Of a stretch of 64,000 nucleotides of DNA, positions 49,901 through 62,813 are shown piece after piece. Numbering within the stretch: position 1 is the stretch's first letter; each line of letters opens with the position of its first letter. The position numbers and the translations under genes were made by a program. This DNA comes from Elsinoe ampelina (lineage: Eukaryota), in assembly GCA_010093995.1 (NCBI GenBank), contig ML992501.1, forward strand, positions 138,560-202,559, in the 5' to 3' direction. The notes below the pieces were generated by a model. It searched no databases, was not told the origin of the DNA, and was given only the letters and a program-made list of their open reading frames with translations.

Positions 49901-50773
49901 TCCCCACCAACGTCGTGTCTCTCGGTTTGACAGCAGTGTACGGTGTACCCTTGTATGTCCGGAGAGTGGTCGAAGGAGGGACAAAAAAAAGCGTGGGCAT
50001 GGGTGGTGGTTTCGTGGGCGTTAGCGTGCAGCCACATGCTAGTCTGGATTAATTTGCAGCGAAGAAGCATCGCTCGAGCCGCGAATAGACCGAATTAACT
50101 CGCTGCCGGTCCGAAAGCGTGAACCACTTGCAATTGCTCCTGCGAGAGGTCCACCCTCGGGGCGGCTTTAGCGCGTGGGATGAGCAAGCATCTGCTGCCT
50201 CTTATTGCGGTCCTTCATGGCTCTCTGATGAAAGCACTGCTGCAAAGAGGCATCCCGGCCGCTTCGCTCTGCCCGCGACTTTCCCCAATTGGCCTCTGCA
50301 CTGTAGTTTACTTTGCTTCCACACGGGGGGTCAATGTATTGGTGCAGTAACAAAAAAAAGCAGCCCTCTTGTCAAAGCCGGCTTTCTCCAGCGACAGTAC
50401 CGCCCGCCGTTCACACTTGGACCACCCTTACCACCCTTACAGTACCACGACTCTCTGACGAACAAGCCGCTGCTTGTCTTCGGTCGGTTACTGGTCGCCC
50501 AAGCATCTTCCGCCCGCCTGCTCCCAAAATTATTCCACAACCACCGTCGACAGACTGACAGGACACAATCCCATGCGACTCCGACTCGACTGTCTAATCC
50601 CCTCGCTAGCCGCATCATCACTCGGCTCAATCGCTCATTGATAGAGGATCCCAAGGCAAACCCCAGCCCCGGCGATCCCAAAAAGCCCAGTAATTGCAGG
50701 GCCGTGATCATCTGGCAGCACTTGCGACGTGGGGTCACACCTACAACAGAGCTATACACCACAACCTCCCCTC

Positions 50774-53601
50774 ATGACAGCGCCCGGCTCATACGGCGCC
50801 TCGTCTCCTCTGAATGTCATTGCGAACAACGCCTATTACGATCCGAGCGATATTCCAAGCGGCCCTCAGTCCTTGACTTCGGCCTCGACCCTCGACAGCA
50901 CCAAGCTGGATTCCCCCTCCACAGACACCGCCCGGCGACTCCTCCGGGACCACGAACCTTTCTTCCGTTCAGATGTAGACGTCGCAAAAGACGAGGATAT
51001 TCGAGAAATGCAGAAAGAGGATCCTTTGGGTACCCAGATATGGAAGTTGTACAGCAAGAACAAATTGCAGTTGCCAAATGCCGAGCGCATGGAAAACCTC
51101 ACATGGCGCATGATGTCCATGAACTTGCGGCGGAAAGAGATGGCCAGGCACGCGTGAGTTTATATCATTGATGCTAGCTAGATCACATTGCGTGATCAGG
51201 CGCCATATTGTGACATTTGCTAATTCACCCCAGATTTGCTCAGAGGCCGACCTCGAATTCGCCCAGTGGTATTGCACAATTACGCCAGTCGTCCGCTGCC
51301 ACCCATGCTCAGCCCACGTCGGATCCTATGAACCTCGACGAATTCATCGATCCTTCTGCCACTTCTTCCCCCTCTGGTTATGTTTCGAGGTCGTCGAGTA
51401 ATGAAGCACTCACCTCAACGGCGTCGGCGTCTGCTATACCAATCAAGAAGCAAAAGGAACTGCAGGCGCAAGAGCTTCATATATCAAGAGCATCCGCCCC
51501 TTCAGTACCCCCTGCCACACGAAATCAGAACAAGGAATTTGGTTATGTGCAACGGCATTTGAGAAAGACGAGCATAGATGAGCGGAGGGTATGATTTCAA
51601 ATGCCGATATATCATAAGAATACCACTAATATTGTACAGCCGCCTAAACGAAGGGCAGAGGCTTCACCTCAAGTCCCGGCGCTCAACACGATTGCTGGGC
51701 GGCCAGACCTTTCGAATGACCCTTCGCTGCACAACTATTCCCTCAACGCCCCTCAATCTTTCCCACACCAACAACATCACCAATCGTATACAGGCTTCCA
51801 CATCCCTCACGACCTCGATACCTCCTCCTACAACCTCGATAATGACCCCATCATCAACTCGGCTGGTCCACTCCAGCAGCAATTCACATTCTCCCCAGTC
51901 GGGTCACCCATGATCAGCAATGGTCCGTACATGAACATGTTCAACCAGCCAGCGCAAATGTCACAAATGCCATCGAATAGCCTGTATTCCTCGCCCAACT
52001 CGGCATATCCCTCGACCGTCTCCACCCCTCAACCCATGAACGATAATGAGCCCAACTTTTTTGGCGGTGGAGGAAGTGGTCTGGATCTAAGACAACAGGC
52101 ATCCATGGCTTCGTTCAATCAGTCATTACAGCATCAACATGCCGGTTCTTCGCATGCAGATGCGCCTTTCATATTCCAAGGCAACGACAATCTGTTCAAT
52201 GGCATCCCTCAATCAGCGCCGTCGGGTTTTCACCAGATGCCCATCTCTGATCACATCGACCCTTCTCAAGTGCTCCCCAATCCGAGCTTCCAGAGGAACG
52301 ATGGCATGTTCAGCTTTGGTGCAGAGTCGGATAATGAAGATGATGATACAATCAATTTTGGTGATGGTAACATCGACTATTCGCCTATGGACGACGCTTC
52401 GCTGGATCTCACAAATAACTTTGACTGGTCGGCTAATCTGTCCGGCCAATTCTCATCATTACCTACCCGCTCCGTACATGATCAACCCAAGGGTGTAAGA
52501 ATAGGACCGACAGAAATGATACCCTCACCAGACTGGTCATCAGACCTGCATAGAGGCCATGCATCGGCCGTCTCGGTCTCTGACATGCGGAATCGGAATA
52601 CTGACCCTCGATCGAAGAAGATTCCCCGAACGTCCTCAACACCTAACGCAGCTGGTCTTTCGGCTCCGGGCCAGCAATCAACATTCTCGATTCGACCGCA
52701 ATCCTCACCCTCCTCACCACCACAATCGACTGGCCTTCAGTCAGGCTTTAATTCTGCCGCTCCATCACGACCAGCTTCACCTGGCGGTACACGACCTGAC
52801 GGCCCACCAACGACATGCACGAATTGCTTCACCCAGACCACACCCCTGTGGCGAAGGAATCCCGAAGGCCAACCTCTTTGTAATGCATGCGGTCTCTTCC
52901 TCAAGCTTCACGGTGTCGTTCGACCCCTGTCACTCAAGACCGACGTTATCAAGAAGCGCAACCGTGGCTCCGGCGCCACGGGTCCACCAACTACCACAAA
53001 CCGCAGCAAGAAGGGTAGTGCATCGACCACAACCTCCGCCGCCGCGAGCCGCAAGAACAGCGTGGCGACCATCAGCGGTACCGCAACCACCTCCGGTACA
53101 GCCAACCAAACGCCAGCCACAACTCCGACAAGCGGTAAAGCCTCCAACGTGGAAAGCGAATCCCCTCGGTCCACAGCCGGCAGCGTGACCACACCATCTA
53201 CACCCGCCGCCCCAGGACCAAAGAACATCGCCATTGCCCCGGGTCCACCCAAGCCCGTCCTCGCCCCCGCTCCCTCCCAGCCTTCCCGCGTGGTTCAACC
53301 CCGCCGCGGCAGACGCCAAAGCAAGAGCGTCAGCCTCGGACAATCCCAAGGCTCAGGACCAGGACAAGTCCAAGAGGTGGAAATGGGCGGTATGGATGAA
53401 AAGAGGAAGAGCATCGCGCGAGAAGGAGGACAAGGCGGGTTCGCCGTACCTGGGACGCCGGCTAGTATTGCTTCCAGTGGTGGCGGAGGCGGAGGAGGGG
53501 GGCAGGGCCAGGGAGGACAGCAGGGTCAGGGTCAGCAAGGGCAGGGAATGCAGGGTCAGGGAGGACCGCAGGAGTGGGAGTGGTTGACTATGAGTTTGTA
53601 G
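50774..53601 (+). CDS. areA: Nitrogen regulatory GATA factor AreA/NIT2
   Basis: [30 protein letters not shown], zinc finger [25 protein letters not shown] and C-terminal EWEWLTMSL. Introns 51154..51233 and 51589..51639. Confidence 0.97.
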
Positions 53602-53689
53602 GTCGACGAATGGCCAGGAGGCGAGGGATTGGAGCAGGGACGAACGACACACGAACGAGGCGACACTGACGACTATACACCGATGCTGG

Positions 53690-53710
53690 TTTTTTTTTTT
53701 TTTCTTTTTT
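53690..53710 (+). repeat. Poly-T tract in the areA 3' region
   Basis: T14-C-T6 run about 90 nt after the areA stop codon. Confidence 0.8.
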
Positions 53711-54543
53711 GCTTTTCGCCATTTTATTTGATCTTGGAGATACCCGACGCCTTATTCTTTGCTTTTATTGTTTGGATTTACCTGACGGAAGGGGTTGTTG
53801 CCGGCTGAGAGAGCTGGGGTACATGTTTTGTCTAATGATCGATGGGGAGGACGATGTACGATGGTTTCTGTCCTGTTGCTGATGTATGGCGTTTTGTGGA
53901 TAGATCCCGATGTTAGCAGAGAAGATGCCAGGTCTTGGAGGCAGGCTCAAGGCGCGAGAGTGGGGAGACGTGAAGTACTAGTAGGATGAATATATTCCAT
54001 GTCGAGCATTCACCGACTATTCCAATCGACCTCTTTGTTCGAACGTTCACAATATGGGAATGTTTCATCTTCCGGGACTTGTGTTGCTGGTAATAGACAT
54101 GAGTTCACTCTTTCGAACAGGTGCACGACTATTCTAGCCTTCTTATCACATGTACTCCTCTTTCGATATGACAATGTTGTTTGCCTCAAACTCTTCAGGT
54201 TTACATATCCCACGCCATCCGAGAATTACTCCTTTGGTTCGTTGGTTGTCTTTTCTCGTCGCTCGCTGAACAGCTCGAGGCTTTCATGGTCATCCGTCTT
54301 GGGGTCGTAATAGATATGGGCAGTCTGACCAGCGTTACGGCGGCGATGATCCTCTGTCTGCAGGCTGTCGACGAGCAGCAAAGTAGTGCATACCACCTTG
54401 TGCTACAGAGTCAGAGGTCCCCTTTGACCAGATTGGTGAAACGCCCAGGGCGTCACGCTTGAGTTCGCTACAGTTTCTTACGTCCGTCGGAACGTCTTCC
54501 CCTGTCGTAGAAACATCATAATTTACCACTCTACAGGACCTGC

Positions 54544-55873
54544 ATGTTGGACCGCTTGAGGCGATATGTGCAGGCTCCATTCGCCTTTACCGTTGTCAGC
54601 GGCGGCGTCAGAGTCTCCTTCGCCCGACAGCTTCACGCCATGAGGACAGCACCGAGAATTTATACCGCGGATGTACCTGCCGAGCCACTGGAGCGCTATA
54701 GTCCGGGAGGCTACCATCCAGTCCACATCGGAGATCGATTCAAGGATGGAAGATACCATATCACGCACAAGCTTGGCTGGGGCAGTTACTCGACCGTCTG
54801 GCTGGCGTCGGACTCCAAGGCATCCCGACCAGTCACACTCAAGATACTGACTGCAGACCATGAACGACATCCACGCGAGGTAGAGATACTGAAGCGTATC
54901 AGAGCGAGCTCGCTCGGCGGTGGGATCTCAGGTCGAACGAATCGACTCTGTCAACTGTACGATGATTTCACAATCACTGGACCAAACGGCTACCACACCT
55001 GCCTGGTCACCGAAATTGGGAGCACAAGCGCTCAGCTTCTGGCCGAGCGTTATTCATCAGAAAGACTCCCTGGCTGGCTCGCCTGGGAGATTTCTCGCCA
55101 GATCACCCAAGCTGTGATCGATCTTCACGGGCAGCCTATCGTTCACGCAGGTAGGGCATGGCAAATCATATGACGAAAATGACGGTCTCCTAACGATTCC
55201 AGATCTCTATCCAGGAAATATCCTCATAGCATCGGCAGAAGGTCAGGAGACCCTACTTGAGAGCTTGCCACAACCGAAAAGATACGACATCCATGCCACG
55301 AAAGGTCACGCCTTGACCGCACATCTGCCGACCTACGTCGTTGAGAACGTAGAAATTCCCCTGGACACATCTCGCAAGAGCATAGTTGCCAAACTCATCG
55401 ACTTTGGCCAATCATTCGAGTTCAACTCTCCTCCGTCAAAAATCAACACTCCACTGGTCTTTCGGGGCCCCGAACTCCTCTTCGACTCTCGGTGGGACCA
55501 CCGTATTGATATTTGGTCACTGGCCTGCACCATTTTCGAGCTCGTCACGGGCCAGCCAATGTTCAACAATATCCTACCAGACAAGGAGGGTCTGACAAGG
55601 GAGTGGATCGCCATGTTCGGGCCACTACCTCCGGCGTGGGCGGCCAGGGCCCCCATAACCGACTCGGAGGGTATGGATGAGTTTTCGGTTGGAGAGTGGT
55701 TGCGGGAATGCTACTTCGAAAACGAGCGGAGGACAGACTTTGCCGAAGAGCATATTGAGTGGTTGGGGGAGATGTTGGAGGGAATGATGCGCTATGAGCC
55801 TGGAGAGAGAATGGAGGCGGAGGATGTGTTACGGTGCAAGTGGTTTGAGAGGAATTGGCTGTTGGGATGCTGA
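54544..55873 (+). CDS. SRPK-like (CMGC) protein kinase of the fungal expanded family
   Basis: EPLERYSPGGYHPVHIGD, HKLGWGSYSTVWLA, VHA|DLYPGN, LIDFG, FRGPE and DIWSLAC. Intron 55151..55202. Confidence 0.88.
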
Positions 55874-55879
55874 TGCACT

Positions 55880-56200
55880 GTTGCACTTCTCGACATCGAT
55901 CGTGATAGGATCTGCAACACGCCAGTGGAGAGTTGGAAGTGAGTAATTCACTTGCCGCTTTCCAAGTCCGCAAGAACACTGTCTTCACATCATGGCCAGG
56001 GGTGTCTATGTCCTTACTAGCAACAGAGCACGGTGTCCCAGCCCAGCTTGTGAGTAACGCAAGATCGATCTCTGCTCAAGTCATTCCCGACATGCATGGG
56101 ATGGTAGCCACCTGGACAGTAACGCTCTAGTAGTTCGACGGTATCATCGAGACTGGTGTCACAGGTTGAGATAGCTCTGATTGAACGTGGCATTCGCAAT
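55880..56200 (-). pseudogene. Decayed N-terminal fragment of an SRPK-like kinase
   Basis: ELLERYCPGGYHPMHVGNDLSRDRSCVTHKLGW, followed by a stop and loss of the Gly-rich loop. Confidence 0.75.
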
Positions 56201-56642
56201 GGGCGTGCGAGGCAATTGGAGGACTTGAGAGTCGCAGCCAATCCTTGAAGGCAGGACGTCGTGGCCCTCCACATCGGCTGCGCTCGACAGACATATGGCC
56301 ATAACATACGCGTCGTGTATCGCCATTTACATCGAGAGACTTTCAATGCAAGCAAGTGGGACTCACGGTGTTACGGAACCGGATAAGCTTGGAACGGTAG
56401 TCCCCACTCGCGATGTGATCAATGTGTCGTTCGCATGCAAGCGAAAGTTGTGGCAGAATCGATGGAGGTCTGACTTTGTGGAGCTCCAGACAACCTCTCC
56501 ACCTGATGTCACCGACTACGAAAGTATGTTCGACCACAATTCTGTCCGACCTACATAACACTGTCCAGAGTCACCATGCATACTCGCTCTCCTCAATAAC
56601 ACCTAGTCTCACATTATTGTCAGCGACAGACTCACCGCAACC

Positions 56643-57320
56643 ATGGCCTCCCTCGACCTAATCATCAAATCCACCATCCAAGCCGTCGCCCTCTCCGCCA
56701 TCTCCAACATCCTCGCCCAACTCCTCGACGCCTACAACTCCAGCGTACGCTTCTTGCCCTCCCCCCCTCCTCTCCCCCCTCTCTTCCCTCCCCACTAACG
56801 CCTCCCCCAGAAACCCTTCTCCCTCGACACAGCCACCCTAACCCGCTTCATCTTCTTCTCCCTCTTCTCCTGCCCCCCCAACGTCCTCTGGCAATCCTTC
56901 CTCGAGCAACGCTTCCCAGGCTACACCACCCCTCCCCCTCCCCCCCACACCAACGGCGCCAGCAAACCCCGCCCCAACCCCAACGACAAGCCCGCCGCGG
57001 CCCACAAGAAGAAGCTCAACAAAGCCAACACGGCGAAGAAGTGGGCCTTGGACCAAACCGTCGGCGCGCTGGCGAATACCGTCGCGTTCGTAGCGGGGAT
57101 GCTGCTGTTGAGGGGGGAGCGCGATTGGGGGACTATCGCGGGTGCGGTGCGGAGGGAGACGTGGCCGCTCATGGCGGCGGGGCAGAAGGTGTGGCCGCTG
57201 TTTAGTGTGGTGAGTTTTGCGTTGGTGCCGTTGGAGTATAGGACGTTGGCTGGGGGGCTTGTGGGGTTGGGGTGGGGGACCTATTTGAGTTTGATGGAGG
57301 GGAAGAAGAAGACGGCGTAG
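56643..57320 (+). CDS. Mpv17/PMP22 family membrane protein
   Basis: LSAISNILAQ, PPNVLWQSFLEQRFP, KWALDQTVGA and VWPLFSVVSFALVPLEYR. Intron 56745..56810. Confidence 0.9.
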
Positions 57321-57610
57321 AGAAGAGGGGAAGGGAGGGGGAAGGGGGTGGTGGGTCGGGAGATGGGTGGGAGGAGGCGAGATGTGCTTGGAGGGAATAA
57401 GAGATGGGACACCGTGGTATATGATGAATTTGATGATGTTGATGGGTACACATAGATGAGGTAGAGTGTAGTGGTAGTCTTTGTAAAGCGGTCATGATAA
57501 TGGACATGATGATACACATTCAATGCAGTCGCCTTGGCTATCTATAAGAGTCGACCTTTCGTGAATCATCCCGTTCATATCATACCGGCATCCAGTCGGA
57601 ACCCGTTGCT

Positions 57611-59692
57611 CTACACCTTTGCCTTTCGCTTCCTGGCACTAGTCCCTTCGTCGATGAAGCTAGCCGCATCAGCCTTATTGATGAGCACAGCATCCTCGCT
57701 ACCCTCTGACCCGGAGCTTGTCCTCGTCAGACGAGCTGACCTTCGACGTGGCTCGTCCTTCTCGGAACGTGCTACTCCGTCCGCATCCGCTTCGGTTGAC
57801 GACTTCTTCGCGCGACGTGACTGTCTGGGTGGAGCTGGTGTGATGGTGAAGTTGAAAAAGCCTTTCTGCTTGTCCTCTGTGGTGGCAGTGGACTTCGACT
57901 TCTGCTTCTCAGCATCTTCCTCGTCCGGCTGTATCGAGCGTTTGATGCTGTCCTCGAGTCTCTTCGCGTTGCGTTCTTGCTTCGCCGAGCTAAAGAACGA
58001 TGTCGAAAAGAAGTCGCTGAACCAATTACCTGCTTGCTCGGGCTTTTCTGTCTGCGTCTCTTTCTTCTCGTCCTTTTTCGGCTTCTCCTTCTTATCGTCG
58101 TCGTCGTCTTCGTCGTCAACTAATTCAGTGTACTCCCACATTTCTTTGACTTCGCCCTTCACCAGCGCTGTCGACCAAACGGAACCCAAAACACCAGGAA
58201 CGAGATACAACAACGCCGGTTGAGCGTGCTTGAAGACGTGCATGATGATTAGCGTCACACTCATGCCGAGGATGTACCCGACGATCGACGCATGGAAGTA
58301 CGTTCGTGAGAAGCGTGGCAGGATGTCGTCAATCGTAATGCGCTTGGTGTTTCGCGAAGCAATGGAGCCATCTGACTGTTGGCTTCCGCTTGAAGGGACT
58401 GCCAGGGTATCGCGCTGTAGCCAACTTCCCACCCAGTGATAGTCGCCCCATTTCCCTGTCACCGAGACGTACTTTGGCTTATCCACCTCGTCCTTACCCT
58501 GAGCATTCTTTTTGGTTTGTTGCCTCCGCCGGTAGTGCAAGTATAGGTCAAATCGGAGCGCGAGACCAATCATGATGCCTGGAAGGACAACGTCGCCGAG
58601 TCCAAGCATTGCCAGGCCAGGTTTCCTCCCTTCCTCTTCTGGCCTCGGAAACAGTAGCTTGATCGGGACATCCAAATTGGTGGCAACGCTGACCATAAGT
58701 GGCGTGTAAAAGACGAAATAGATGTCGTAGAAGAAGAGTGCCACGAGGATCAACGATCCAGTGCCGAATGTGGTAGGACTCAATAGCTGCAGCGCGGTGT
58801 AAGAGAAAGCAAATCCTTGCAGGTTTGTGAGATACCAAGGTGTTGAGATGAAGTTTGCATAAAGCAGTACCATGACAGCAATGACACTTGACGCGATGCT
58901 GCGAAAGCTTACTCTGGCTTTGATATCCGCTATTCCACGAAGGTGGAAAGCGACTAGGTACTTCTTGTCGAACATTCCACGTGCTTGCCAAAGCAGATCG
59001 ACGAGACCCGCCCCAAGGCTGCGACCGCCCAAAGAGCCAGGCAGCGGATCTCCACGGCGAGCTTGCATGGCCCTTTCAATTCCAGGTCTGGTAGCCCGAA
59101 TTGATGTTCCCATTGGAAAAGCGATTCTACTGTTCTGGTCGACCTTCCATAGTATGCTGTTGGCGCAATAGTACTTCGGAAAGACAAAGTTCTGCGTCAC
59201 GGCTAGTACATCGTTGATCATCCGCGCGACAGAGAAGAAGGCCATGGCCCCGAAATAGACTGCCAGGATCTTGTTCAACAGAGCAGCTCCCATGTACTTG
59301 ATGAGCATGTATAGACCGGCCAGGGTACATCCAGCTAGCAGAGGAAAGAGTATGGCATCCGAAGGTGACATGCCCTCCATCTTTGTCACGATATCGTTCT
59401 CTTCGTCATCTGACCCGCTGGTCTCCTCATCCGAGTCCGACAGACCGTCCTGAACCCTCGATTTCTTGCTCTTTCGTGTTCTCTTCTTCGGCTTCACGGT
59501 GGAGGATGGTCTTGAAAGTGATGCGTATGAGCCAGTGTAGATTGGGATGAGTGCAGAGACGACCAAGTGTAAGGACATGGGCAAGTACGGCAAAGCTGCC
59601 ATGATCGGAGCTGGTATGCTGTTCGTGATCGTGCCATAGGTCCGAGTGACATCCAAGACGGCTTCGTCCAGTATGCGCCGTACTGCCTCCAT
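57611..59692 (-). CDS. sppA: Signal peptide peptidase (peptidase A22B, SppA/Ypf1-like)
   Basis: Catalytic FFYDIYFVF and LGLGDVVLPG motifs plus QPALLYLVP. Single long ORF; an alternative start exists at 59734. Confidence 0.92.
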   Translation of the reverse strand: MEAVRRILDEAVLDVTRTYGTITNSIPAPIMAALPYLPMSLHLVVSALIPIYTGSYASLSRPSSTVKPKKRTRKSKKSRVQDGLSDSDEETSGSDDEENDIVTKMEGMSPSDAILFPLLAGCTLAGLYMLIKYMGAALLNKILAVYFGAMAFFSVARMINDVLAVTQNFVFPKYYCANSILWKVDQNSRIAFPMGTSIRATRPGIERAMQARRGDPLPGSLGGRSLGAGLVDLLWQARGMFDKKYLVAFHLRGIADIKARVSFRSIASSVIAVMVLLYANFISTPWYLTNLQGFAFSYTALQLLSPTTFGTGSLILVALFFYDIYFVFYTPLMVSVATNLDVPIKLLFPRPEEEGRKPGLAMLGLGDVVLPGIMIGLALRFDLYLHYRRRQQTKKNAQGKDEVDKPKYVSVTGKWGDYHWVGSWLQRDTLAVPSSGSQQSDGSIASRNTKRITIDDILPRFSRTYFHASIVGYILGMSVTLIIMHVFKHAQPALLYLVPGVLGSVWSTALVKGEVKEMWEYTELVDDEDDDDDKKEKPKKDEKKETQTEKPEQAGNWFSDFFSTSFFSSAKQERNAKRLEDSIKRSIQPDEEDAEKQKSKSTATTEDKQKGFFNFTITPAPPRQSRRAKKSSTEADADGVARSEKDEPRRRSARLTRTSSGSEGSEDAVLINKADAASFIDEGTSARKRKAKV

Positions 59693-60770
59693 GATCCCGG
59701 CCGGTGGTTGGAGGATACTTTGGCAAGCCACCATGTAGCCTGGTAGTTGAAGGAAAGGCCTATCGATCAGGCTGAGTATGAATTATCTGAAGTCGAGCCG
59801 ACTGACTACCATGAACTCTTGCAAGGAACCTCTTCCATTACTCCGAAGCAACGAGCAATTCTTTGAGTGTGAGTCGAGGTCACGTCGAGGGAAGAACGCG
59901 TGCATCGGCAGAGCGGGCCGATGAACCGAAGCTCACCACAGTACCTCCTTCTACGCATTCAACAGGAATGACATTGAGCTCTTCGTGCACTTTTCCTTTC
60001 ATCTCACCCCGTGCATCGTCGAAGCTGCGCTATTAAGCTCTCTACCGAGCATTCGTCCTTCGTATCACGATCATGCTTGGGCCTCGATGCTAGGTTCGCA
60101 ACAAGCGACATCCAACGTACCTACCGTTACGACCTCATTTGGAGAAGCATAGGTAGATCAGGATCATCAGGTAGGTCTGACGGGGAACATCCATTCGGCC
60201 CGACTTTCTTTCGGCTCTGCCTATTTCTCGTGGCTTTGCAACGGCCACTGTCTAGCCCACTGAGGACTCGGCCCCTCTCAACGGCTGAAGCGAAGTGACA
60301 CTTGCCTGCTTGGGAGTCGCCGTGCAATACTCAACTAGCAATGTTTTCCCGAGACAGGCGCGGCAAATCCGAGTCCACTGCGAAGACACGGGACGGTAAG
60401 GATCTGTCATGGTCAACGTAGAAGCTCGTCTTGTTACGACGGGCGGGCTTCCTTTTCCGTCTGCCCGGCACAATATCCGGTGTTCTGGACGGAACATGGC
60501 GACAGAGCTGATGTACGCCTCCGCTACCAATGCCAGGATCTTTTGATCGGTAATTCAGACTTATGTCTCACTGACCGGCCTGACAACCAGACGGTACAGA
60601 CAGAGTTCCGCGACTTCGACCGCTCTTCCCCTTTGCGTCATGTAAATCTACTGCGACCGTTGTATGTGTCTGAACAGGTCGATAGAGTTTCGTGACAGTT
60701 TGCCCTCGAGGATATCTCATGAAATTAACACAGTTGACTCCTCCCACTTCACACCCCGTCGGCCAGCACA

Positions 60771-61932
60771 ATGGCGGTGTCCATCACAGATATCTTGGAG
60801 GCACTACACCACCTTTCGGCAATATCAAAAGCATTCCTCGTCATCACAACTATTGCCCTATGTTTGCGGATATGGACGAGGGCCTTTATCCTAAGACGAG
60901 TCGGCTTGGATGACTATGCCATGGTCATGGCCTATCTTTGTTATGTCGCCACATGTGCCTTGACCCTGGTAGTTAGCTTTCAGGTCCACAACATCTTCAG
61001 AGGTCATCCAATGAATATGAAAGCTCTTCCGAAGGTATGGTGCCTGCACTCTGCGCCTCTTCACTGCGCGCTCATGTCCTAACGCTATTCAGATTGTGAA
61101 AGCTGACACGAGCTTGTACATTTTCACCATGGTCTTCCTCAAAATCTCTCTTGGATTCTTCTTCCGGGATATCTTCAAAGCACACCGAGCCCAACGAATG
61201 CTAGTATGGTTCATCATGATCACATCCACCCTCTGGGGCATCGCCAACTGCCTCTTCAGCGTCTTCTCCTGCGGTCTACTCAGAGGCTTCCTCGTCAACG
61301 CCCCTGACTGCGCCGTCTGGCACCAATACGGCAAATTCAGCATCGCCTGGTCCTCTTACAACGCAGCCACCGACATGATCCTCGCCATCATCGCCGTCCA
61401 CGCCCTCTGGATCGCCAACCTTCACACCCGGGCCCAGATCTACGCCAGCATCGTCCTCATTTTCGGCACCGTCGGCGGCGTCGCCTCCATCGTTCGCATC
61501 GCCGTCATCACTGAAGCCAGCCAAGGTCTCCAAGCCTACACCATCGGCCTCAAATCAGGCTACTGGACCCTCCTCGAAGCCGGCATCGGTATCACGGCCG
61601 CCAACCTCGCTTGTCTCCGGCCCCTACTGCGCGCCTGCAGAGACAAGATCACCTCGTCTTTCTCGCGCACCGCACCTACGGAGATGGTCGACACGATTCC
61701 CTTTACGGAGAACACGTTCAGCTCACACGGCTTCTCCAAGAATCTCACGGGTCTGTCGAGCGCGTTGACGGCGCAGGGCCCGCAGACGCCGCAGATCAGA
61801 GATTGGCGCGAGGACAGGATCGATAAGGACCTGGAGTACTGCACGCCTAGCGCGGCGATTATTGGGAGTGTGACGACGAATGAGCAGGCGCCGGGGAGGC
61901 AATGGAGTTTGCAGACGCATAATTTGATCTAG
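60771..61932 (+). CDS. PTH11-like (rhodopsin-domain, CFEM-less) integral membrane protein
   Basis: LRIWTR...VGLDDY, FLKISLGFF, NAATDM, SIVRI, W..LEAGIGITAANLACLRPL. Intron 61035..61092. Confidence 0.88.
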
Positions 61933-62813
61933 CGGGACGGTTGTAGAGGATGGAGTATGGTTCTTTGTTTGATGCATGGCGCGGCGTTGAATGGGATCAT
62001 GGGAATGCCCGGGTCAGCTCTGATGAGAGATACAATGTGTGGTTGTTTGATACTACTACTCTTACTTTTCACTTTTCCTCTTGCTTCTGTGAAGACTTTA
62101 CTCCTTCTCTTGCTTTGGTGAAGACTTGCTCCTTCTCCATACTGCCAATGCTTTCTCCTAACTTCCCTTTTCTCCCTATCACGCTTCATGCTCTTTGTTA
62201 TCTGCCATGTAGCATTGATCACCATTCAAGCCGGCACAAAGGGCGTGGTCTAGGCGATCTCTCTTTGTCATCTTTTTTTTCCCGCACCTGCTGTTCTTTC
62301 TGCTACCCAACGATCTGGTCGATGGCAGGAGGACGCAAGGCGTACTGGAAAGGGAGCTTCCTTGAGAGATTCCGCATAGGCTTGGAAGAACGCGTGTCGG
62401 TGAGCAAGTACCGGGTTCGGCTTGTAGGGGCCGAAGCAAGGGGTTGTAAGGCTGACTTCAAGGGTGGGGTGGAGAACTGCAGAGTGAAGAGCTGAATGGT
62501 TAGTGATTCTGCTTGCTCTAGTGGCTTCTATCCCCACTGTCTTTCAAGTCTTTGTGGTATCGTTTTAGGCCAGTCTCTTCTTGCTCTGATGCTCAACGGG
62601 GTCTGGAAAGCGCCCGAGGCCGCGCTGTTTGTCTTGAAACGCTCTTCTGACGCGTACCTGGAAGGTTCTGCTGTGACTATGGGCTGCATCTGGATGTTGA
62701 AATTGTAAATGCGGGTGGTTCGCGATGTCTTTTTAGCCTATGCCTGGGTGCTAAACTCATACTAGGATTGTGTCAGTGGGCGTACGCATTGGTTCTTGCG
62801 TCTTGGTCACCAT

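Noticed and set aside
50119..51171. 350-aa ORF overlapping the areA 5' end
   Set aside because: It starts at GTG, has no ATG before the areA start and no recognisable motif.
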